Below the pieces are notes generated by a model. It was given only the letters and a program-made list of their open reading frames with translations, was not told where the DNA came from and searched no databases. A DNA stretch of 47,087 nucleotides from a virus, in the IMG/VR virus record IMGVR_UViG_3300033153_007398, positions 1 to 47,087 of that record. One strand, given 5' to 3'. Positions 42,072 through 47,087 of this stretch are shown here, in pieces. The translations under genes and the position numbers were made by a program. Numbering within the stretch: the stretch's first letter is position 1; every line of letters begins with the position of its first letter.

Positions 42072-42242
42072 ATGGATAAATCTATCAATCATATTAATAT
42101 AGTAAAGAATTTAATTAACTCTCTAAGAGAAGCTTATGAAATTATAGATGATAACTATATTGAAATAGATACTTTTAAAAAGCGTCATGGTATACTTGAA
42201 GAAATAGATACTATGATAAAACATAAAGAAGATAAAGGTTAG
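42072..42242 (+). CDS. small hypothetical protein (56 aa; below the ORF-track cut-off)
   Basis: Translation begins MDKSINHINIVKNLINSLREAYEIIDDNY and ends MIKHKEDKG. AAGG upstream. Fills the gap exactly. Confidence 0.4.
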   Translation: MDKSINHINIVKNLINSLREAYEIIDDNYIEIDTFKKRHGILEEIDTMIKHKEDKG

Positions 42243-42245
42243 ATA

Positions 42246-43244
42246 ATGATCCCAAAAGAGCATCCTAGCTGGAAAATAACTGACTCAACCAAACTAATAG
42301 CTTACATAACGTGTCCACGTAAGTACTTTTACGAGTATATATTAGGTTGGAGAACAAATGCTCCAAATAATCATCTTGTTTTTGGTAGTGCCTGGCATTT
42401 AGCAATGGAACACTTAATCCTTTATGGTTATACTGTCCAAACTATCCAAGATGCCTATGACCTCTTCTTAAAAGAATATAGAAAGGATTTCCCACCTGAA
42501 AGTGATGAGATATTCTATCCAAAGACTCCAATGAATGCCTTTATTGTTTTAGGCAAATATGCTGCTAATTATAAAAGAGAAGATTCCTTATTTGAACCAA
42601 AGCATACTGAAATTGCCGGCTGTATTAATGTTTCAGAAGATAGAGTTTTCTATTATAGAATGGACTCAGTTCTCAAAAGAAAAAGCAATGGAAAAAAATC
42701 CTCAAGAGAACATAAGACTGGCAGTAGCACTTGGTTATGGGAAGATCAATGGCCACTATCAATCCAAGTTGGATGTTATAACCATGTCCTATATTGCCTC
42801 TATCCATTTAATGAGGTTGAAGGAGTAACAATGAATGGGGCAATCTTTATTAGAAATGGGAGCAAGAAGGCTTGGGCTCAAATGATTGAAGGAAAGTCTT
42901 TAAGCTATAGACAACCCTTTGAATTCATACGATATCAAATTAAGCGCGCCCCTGATCAGATGAATAATTGGCTATGGACAGTTAATCGTTATCTAACTGA
43001 GATGGAATATGATATGGTTAATTTAGATGACTCTAAAGAGGAAGATAAAATATTAACTGCTTTCCCAATGAGACCAACTTCCTGTTATAACTATGGTAAG
43101 ATGTGTGATTATAAAGACTTTTGCAACGCTTGGTCAAATCCACTAAGACGTTGTCATGATGCTCCAATAGGATTTAAAATAGAGTTTTGGGATCCTATGG
43201 CAAAAGAAGCTAAACAAATTTTTAATGTTGATAGTTATAAGTAA
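42246..43244 (+). CDS. PD-(D/E)XK nuclease with a Cas4-like four-cysteine cluster (RecB-family exonuclease)
   Basis: One N-terminal Cys (ITCPRKYFYEY) and three C-terminal Cys (SCYNYGKMCDYKDFC), the arrangement seen in Cas4/AddB Fe-S nucleases. Central D...E.K-like region (RMDSV...EHKTG). Confidence 0.75.
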   Translation: MIPKEHPSWKITDSTKLIAYITCPRKYFYEYILGWRTNAPNNHLVFGSAWHLAMEHLILYGYTVQTIQDAYDLFLKEYRKDFPPESDEIFYPKTPMNAFIVLGKYAANYKREDSLFEPKHTEIAGCINVSEDRVFYYRMDSVLKRKSNGKKSSREHKTGSSTWLWEDQWPLSIQVGCYNHVLYCLYPFNEVEGVTMNGAIFIRNGSKKAWAQMIEGKSLSYRQPFEFIRYQIKRAPDQMNNWLWTVNRYLTEMEYDMVNLDDSKEEDKILTAFPMRPTSCYNYGKMCDYKDFCNAWSNPLRRCHDAPIGFKIEFWDPMAKEAKQIFNVDSYK

Positions 43245-43258
43245 TAAAGGAGACTATT

Positions 43259-43453
43259 ATGAAATATGTAGTAAAGATAATTACTGAAGATTATGATACT
43301 TGTGATGGAAGTTGTCCATTTCTAAATCAAAATGATTGTATGTTATTCAACAGGGGATTACAAAACACTAAATTAGAACCTGGGTATGTTTGGCCGGATG
43401 GAACTACTATAACAAAACAAAGATTATGGCAATGTAAGACATTTGATGAATAA
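43259..43453 (+). CDS. small Cys-rich protein (64 aa)
   Basis: ORF track. AAAGGAGACTATT-ATG. Confidence 0.5.
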   Translation: MKYVVKIITEDYDTCDGSCPFLNQNDCMLFNRGLQNTKLEPGYVWPDGTTITKQRLWQCKTFDE

Positions 43454-43556
43454 ATAGCTCCCAACTAAGTTGGGTGGGCATGGGAATCACACTATTAAAG
43501 CTACACTTTGAAGAAAGTAGTGACTAAGATTGGAGCTAGGAGTGTGATAGCTATTT
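43452..43556 (+). other. ~105-nt branched inverted-repeat structure ending in a U-rich tract
   Basis: aaatagct (43452-43459) pairs with agctattt (43549-43556). atcacact (43486-43493) pairs with agtgtgat (43541-43548). There is an internal hairpin cccaac-taa-gttggg (43460-43474). ttttatt follows. An alternative pairing is agctcc (43456-43461) with ggagct (43532-43537). Confidence 0.45.
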
Positions 43557-43571
43557 TATTCAAATTAGAAT

Positions 43572-43580
43572 TGTTATACT
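43572..43580 (+). promoter_or_regulatory. extended -10 element (TGTTATACT) without a clear -35
   Basis: Same TGT plus -10 architecture as the other promoters. About 80 nt before the 43660 gene. The -35 region is poor. Confidence 0.3.
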
Positions 43581-43659
43581 AATAAAATGAGAAGCGCAAA
43601 GATTGTGGCATAGATCCGCCAGCCGGTTAACTTAATTATTCTTCGCGCAGGAGGCTTCG

Positions 43660-43920
43660 ATGAAAACAGCAATATATATTGAAGATGGTAAAGTACAACT
43701 CGTAATAACACCTGAAAGTGATTTTGAAAAAAATGCTTTGTCGTCATTCCAAGAAAAACCACTTGACGCAAAACTGTATTCTGGATCTTTTTATGATTGT
43801 CGCGGTGGATGGGTAAGGCAATCTACTTATTTCCCTAATCGTGGACTATATAGCAATTCTTGGGAGAGCAAAGATAAAAGTTTAATACTTTCAATAAAAG
43901 ATGGTGGAAGCGAAGAATAA
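43660..43920 (+). CDS. hypothetical protein (86 aa), first gene of a three-gene module
   Basis: ORF track. AGGAGG RBS inside an unusually GC-rich leader. Confidence 0.5.
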   Translation: MKTAIYIEDGKVQLVITPESDFEKNALSSFQEKPLDAKLYSGSFYDCRGGWVRQSTYFPNRGLYSNSWESKDKSLILSIKDGGSEE

Positions 43921-43962
43921 AAAATTCAAGACAGGCAGCGCTTCGCTTGCTGCTCATCATCG

Positions 43963-43977
43963 CATTATTTTTACTTG
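43963..43977 (+). promoter_or_regulatory. 15-nt motif cattatttttacttg upstream of an RBS (copy 1)
   Basis: An identical 15-mer precedes the SD of both the 43992 and 44336 genes. Confidence 0.5.
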
Positions 43978-43991
43978 AGAAAGGAATAAAC

Positions 43992-44300
43992 ATGAAAGCT
44001 TATTGGGACGGACAAAATTATAAACTTGTGTTTGATTTAGAAGGTCATGAAATCAAAGGGAACTTTAACAAATCTATTAATGAATTAGATATAATCATCA
44101 CTAACGGAATATTTGTCAATACAGTTATATCTACTCCCTGTTTTGGAAATGAGTTTGATAAAATTAAAATAATTAATTGCATATCGAAAAATAATCAGGA
44201 GTTTAAGCCGGGTGCTGAAGACTGTCCACAATGTGATAAATATAGAGTAAATTTGTTACAAAAGTGTCCATGTTGTGGTAAAGATATTCGCACCGCTTAA
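43992..44300 (+). CDS. C-terminal zinc-ribbon protein (102 aa)
   Basis: ORF track frame 43947..44300. I prefer the ATG at 43992 after GAGAAAGGA. Has a CPQC...CPCC ribbon. Confidence 0.5.
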   Translation: MKAYWDGQNYKLVFDLEGHEIKGNFNKSINELDIIITNGIFVNTVISTPCFGNEFDKIKIINCISKNNQEFKPGAEDCPQCDKYRVNLLQKCPCCGKDIRTA

Positions 44301-44305
44301 CTCCA

Positions 44306-44320
44306 CATTATTTTTACTTG
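44306..44320 (+). promoter_or_regulatory. 15-nt motif cattatttttacttg upstream of an RBS (copy 2)
   Basis: Identical to 43963-43977. Abuts GGAGGTG. Confidence 0.5.
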
Positions 44321-44335
44321 GAGGTGATTTTGAAA

Positions 44336-44524
44336 ATGAAAATAGAAGACATTACAGGGATTTTGCTTTGCTCAGAGTGTGAGAATCAACTTCGTGTTGA
44401 TGTTTATTCTAAAGAATTCGGGTTTTTCAAAATATACCCCTGCACTCATTGTGTTGGGAGAATGAAAAATAATAAAAAATTGAAGATCGATGCGCAAGAG
44501 TCTTGCCATGTTGGTTCTTACTGA
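44336..44524 (+). CDS. zinc-ribbon protein (62 aa)
   Basis: ORF track frame 44318..44524. I prefer the ATG at 44336 after GGAGGTG. Has a CSEC...CTHC ribbon. Confidence 0.45.
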   Translation: MKIEDITGILLCSECENQLRVDVYSKEFGFFKIYPCTHCVGRMKNNKKLKIDAQESCHVGSY

Positions 44525-44747
44525 AAAAGACAGAAAAATACAGCTTTTAAAAAATGGTTTTACAGAAATTAACACACAGAATTCAACTAAGTATATGCAA
44601 AAATAATGAACTCAATACCACATAGTAAATTTTCAAACATAAACATTTGTGTTGAATGTAATAACCATTGCCCTAGAAAAATAATCTGTTTATTTGGAGA
44701 TATAATAACTGACTATCTTGAAGATCTAGAGAAGAAAGGAGCAACGC

Positions 44748-45590
44748 ATGTCCACTATAAAGCCTTCGGAAAGCTCGTCCTCATTAGTTATGGGAGATGC
44801 TAAATTAAAAGTAGCTAATGAAATAAAGAAAGTCCAAGAATATTATGAAAGTGATCAAGATCAGAAGTGCTTCAATCTCCTACTTCTTGGTGCCATGGGA
44901 ACTGGGAAGAATGTAGTAGCAGGTACAACTTGTAGATTCCCTGCACACATAGATAGTTTCGATCCAGGCGGGTCTAAACACTTACGGCCAGAAATTAAAC
45001 AGGGGAAGGTTTTAGTTGATACTAGATTTGAAAAAGAAGACCCATTCCAGCCAACAGTTTATGCTTTATGGAAAAAAGTTATAAGAGAAAGAATTAGTAT
45101 GGGCTACTTTGAAAGGTTTGGAACATATATTTTAGATAGTGCAACTACCTGGGTTATGTCTATGCAACATAATGTAATGAAGTTAAATGGTATGTCTGGG
45201 CAGGATCCAAGATGGGCACACGACTATAGTCCAGTCAAGACAGAGCTTCAGAATATTATAAGAGAGTTATTAAAGCTCCCTTGTGATTTCATTCTAACTG
45301 GTCATTTAAAAAGTGAAAAAGACGATGTTAGTGGCAAAGTTGTAAACCAATTTATGACTGTAGGGCAAGGGGCTATAATAATACCTACATTATTTGATGA
45401 AAAGTGGGTAACAATCTCAGGAAGAAAGGAGGGTGATTATAGTATATTGACTAGGAATAATGGTTCTTATTTAGCATCTACTAGAATTGGTAGAGGAAAG
45501 TTTGAACCACAAGAAAAGCCAGATATTAAATATCTACTTAAAAAGGCAGGCCTTAATGTGGAGGATAAGCCTCTACTAATAACTAAATAA
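44748..45590 (+). CDS. RecA-fold ATPase, Sak4/AAA_24-like recombination protein
   Basis: Walker A LLLGAMGTGKN, Walker B-like YILDSATT and size ~280 aa. Followed by an SSB-like gene, as in phage Sak4 modules. Confidence 0.7.
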   Translation: MSTIKPSESSSSLVMGDAKLKVANEIKKVQEYYESDQDQKCFNLLLLGAMGTGKNVVAGTTCRFPAHIDSFDPGGSKHLRPEIKQGKVLVDTRFEKEDPFQPTVYALWKKVIRERISMGYFERFGTYILDSATTWVMSMQHNVMKLNGMSGQDPRWAHDYSPVKTELQNIIRELLKLPCDFILTGHLKSEKDDVSGKVVNQFMTVGQGAIIIPTLFDEKWVTISGRKEGDYSILTRNNGSYLASTRIGRGKFEPQEKPDIKYLLKKAGLNVEDKPLLITK

Positions 45591-45602
45591 AGGAGAACAA
45601 CT

Positions 45603-46043
45603 ATGAGTGAAACAAGTATTATTGATTTAAGTCAGTTTGATGGGGAAGTCCCTGAGATGGAACCTTGTCCTGATGGGACTGAGACAAAGGTTAGAGTAAC
45701 TGGAGCAATCACTGGGAATAATAAGAATAATGAGCCCTATATTATGTTATTCTTAGAAGCCCCAGAGTTTCCAAGTTCGCCAGACTTTGCCCAATATCTT
45801 CCTATGCCAACTACTGAGATGGGAGCTAAAAAACAAGGTCAATGCACTAGAGCCATTAGGGAAGTTGGTGATGCACTTGATTTTAACTTCTTTGAAGCCT
45901 CAATAGATGTGACAGATGCTATTGGATATGATAGTAATGCTATTCTTGGTGTTGGAACTGATAAGGAGGATAAGCCTTGTAACACAGTCAAACAATGGGT
46001 TGGGGAGTTTACAGGGTCCTCATCAATCGATGGACCATTCTAA
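45603..46043 (+). CDS. putative single-stranded-DNA-binding protein (DUF669-like)
   Basis: Sits directly after the Sak4-like ATPase. The C-terminal tip ...SSSIDGPF resembles the SSB tail D-(I/G)-P-F. Fold not verified. Confidence 0.45.
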   Translation: MSETSIIDLSQFDGEVPEMEPCPDGTETKVRVTGAITGNNKNNEPYIMLFLEAPEFPSSPDFAQYLPMPTTEMGAKKQGQCTRAIREVGDALDFNFFEASIDVTDAIGYDSNAILGVGTDKEDKPCNTVKQWVGEFTGSSSIDGPF

Positions 46044-46050
46044 ACTAAAT

Positions 46051-46082
46051 TAACACTCCTTATTATTAAATGGGGAGTGTTA
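46051..46082 (+). terminator. hairpin after the SSB-like gene
   Basis: taacactcc / ggagtgtta 9-bp stem (46051-46059 / 46074-46082), extendable by wobble pairs. No strong U-tract. Confidence 0.35.
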
Positions 46083-46104
46083 GTTAAATTGAAAGGTTAA
46101 TATT

Positions 46105-46686
46105 ATGAAAGACGTTGTTATAGAATCAATATTAGAAGAAACTTCTAAATATACTGAATGTACTCATGTAACAAGCAATACACAAACTTTTCCTATGAGA
46201 GTCATTTTTACAGTTGAAAATTGGGATGAGTTATCTAACTTATATGCTAAGACTAATTACACTTTATCTTTTTTCAATCAACCTATAAATTGTGATTTTA
46301 AACCTAATAGTTTATATAATAAAAGTGATGTGCCATTATATAATGAACTAAGAAAAGTTCTTTCAAATTTAGATCATAATAATCAGGATAAAATTAAAAA
46401 GTTAAAAAAAGATATTGATCTTTTGGATAAAAGTATAATACATTGGGGAAACATAATTGCTAATAACGTAGGTATAGGACCGGATAACTGTCCATTGTGT
46501 ATAGAATATCGTAATCCAGGCCACTGTCTAAGTTGTCCAATTAAAATAGATACAAATAGAAGTTGGTGCGAGGGTACTCCATATAATTCAGTTATAATAA
46601 TTAAAACCTATGAAAATAAAGCTAGAATGTTAAATTATTTAATTAATCTTTATGACAAACTTAGAACCCAACTAAATGATTTATAA
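46105..46686 (+). CDS. Cys-cluster protein (193 aa)
   Basis: ORF track. The CPLCIEYRNPGHCLSCPIKID...C cluster is shared with the 37088 gene product. Confidence 0.5.
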   Translation: MKDVVIESILEETSKYTECTHVTSNTQTFPMRVIFTVENWDELSNLYAKTNYTLSFFNQPINCDFKPNSLYNKSDVPLYNELRKVLSNLDHNNQDKIKKLKKDIDLLDKSIIHWGNIIANNVGIGPDNCPLCIEYRNPGHCLSCPIKIDTNRSWCEGTPYNSVIIIKTYENKARMLNYLINLYDKLRTQLNDL

Positions 46687-46711
46687 CTATTATGAATAAA
46701 TCATAGTAGTT
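46685..46711. repeat. 27-nt palindromic element, copy 7
   Basis: aactattatgaataaatcatagtagtt. Starts inside the TAA stop (46684-46686), upstream of the RHH-like gene. Confidence 0.8.
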
Positions 46712-46743
46712 AAGTAATCCTCGCTCAAAACAAAAGGAACAAT

Positions 46744-47019
46744 ATGACTATTGCTAATAAGAAGAGAAGGATCTCTGTGGATATTCCAGAGGAGGATTAT
46801 CTAGAGACTCTAAAGTTCTTCCAATGGGGAGATAAGAATAAGATCTATAAATGGTTTACTAAAGAACTACTTCGTTTATTTAAAAGATTTGGTTATGGGC
46901 AAGTTATTGGTGCTTGTTTGACTAGGTCAATTAAGTTAGAACAATTAACTAAATTAGAATTAAAGGAGGCCGAAAATGGCAACAAAGAAACAGCATTGGG
47001 CAAAAGTCAGAAACTTTGA
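46744..47019 (+). CDS. ribbon-helix-helix-like DNA-binding protein candidate (91 aa)
   Basis: N-terminal KKRRISVDIPEEDYLETLK matches the RHH (CopG/Arc) basic beta-strand plus helix pattern. Lies about 30 nt downstream of the 46685 palindrome copy. Ends inside the terminal overlap. Confidence 0.45.
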   Translation: MTIANKKRRISVDIPEEDYLETLKFFQWGDKNKIYKWFTKELLRLFKRFGYGQVIGACLTRSIKLEQLTKLELKEAENGNKETALGKSQKL

Positions 47020-47087
47020 TATATTTAAACTTAAAGGATTATTACAAAATCTTAATAGTCTAAATACACCAAATACTAAGAATGCAC
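46974..47087. repeat. Terminal overlap, copy 2 (identical to 1..114)
   Basis: Same 114-nt string as the window start. Implies a unique genome length of 46,973 bp. Confidence 0.95.

Noticed and set aside
43574-43771. 65-aa - strand ORF overlapping the start of the 43660 gene
   Set aside because: It has no RBS. It is antisense to a gene with a strong AGGAGG RBS, and it spans the GC-rich leader.
44606-44803. 65-aa + strand ORF upstream of and overlapping the Sak4-like gene
   Set aside because: It has no recognisable SD, whereas nearly every real gene here has one. It overlaps the well-supported 44748 start by 56 nt. It does contain a CVEC..HC string, so it cannot be fully excluded. The region may instead hold the promoter or operator of the recombination module.
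1-47087. Search by eye for tRNA, rRNA, CRISPR arrays, integrase or excisionase, phage RNA polymerase, primase, reverse transcriptase (DGR or retron) and toxin-antitoxin pairs
   Set aside because: I found no cloverleaf-compatible GTTCGAATC-type T-arm strings, no regularly spaced direct repeats with unique spacers, no R..HxxR..Y recombinase pattern, and no YxDD reverse-transcriptase motif. Absence judged by eye is weak evidence. tRNAscan-SE, minced and HMM searches should confirm it.

Overview
The window is a complete dsDNA tailed-phage (Caudoviricetes) genome. Positions 1-114 are identical to 46974-47087, so the contig closes on itself and the unique length is 46,973 bp. G+C is low: hand counts of 60-nt samples give roughly 33% in typical genes. 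Nearly every gene has a strong AAGGAG-type Shine-Dalgarno sequence. There are two transcription arms. (1) The + arm runs 34552 -> 47087/1 -> 9377. It carries small early genes and a replication/recombination module: ParB-like/DNA methyltransferase fusion, DnaQ-like exonuclease, MazG-like pyrophosphohydrolase, family-A DNA polymerase with an N-terminal UDG-like domain, P-loop helicase-like protein, ATP-dependent ligase, Cas4-like PD-(D/E)XK nuclease, Sak4/AAA_24-like ATPase and an SSB-like protein. (2) The - arm runs 34103 -> 9423. It carries an HTH protein, three tandem paralogous small genes, a lysis cassette with an M15 peptidase, large terminase, fibre-like protein, portal, acidic scaffold-like protein, beta-helix protein, major capsid protein, beta-helix tailspike, Gly-rich virion proteins and a 1293-aa virion protein. 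I recognised no tRNA, rRNA, CRISPR array, integrase, phage RNA polymerase, primase, tail sheath or tail tube. Host and morphotype cannot be assigned from sequence alone; the gene set is compatible with a podovirus but does not prove it. The most interesting signals are non-coding: seven copies of a conserved 27-nt palindrome in stop-to-RBS spacers; back-to-back consensus extended -10 sigma70 promoters separated by a long spacer; a 28-bp long-range inverted repeat with G:U-compatible mismatches bracketing a G+C-richer ORF; two inverted arrays of five 9-bp iterons around an A6T11 tract (origin or operator candidate); and two exact in-frame short duplications (31 bp and 19 bp) linking small ORFs to the polymerase and ligase genes. 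Coding-level oddities include the triplicated ~120-aa family, a self-contained promoter-gene-terminator cassette, and a three-gene zinc-ribbon module behind a branched structured element. All functional calls rest on motifs read by eye; no database search was run.
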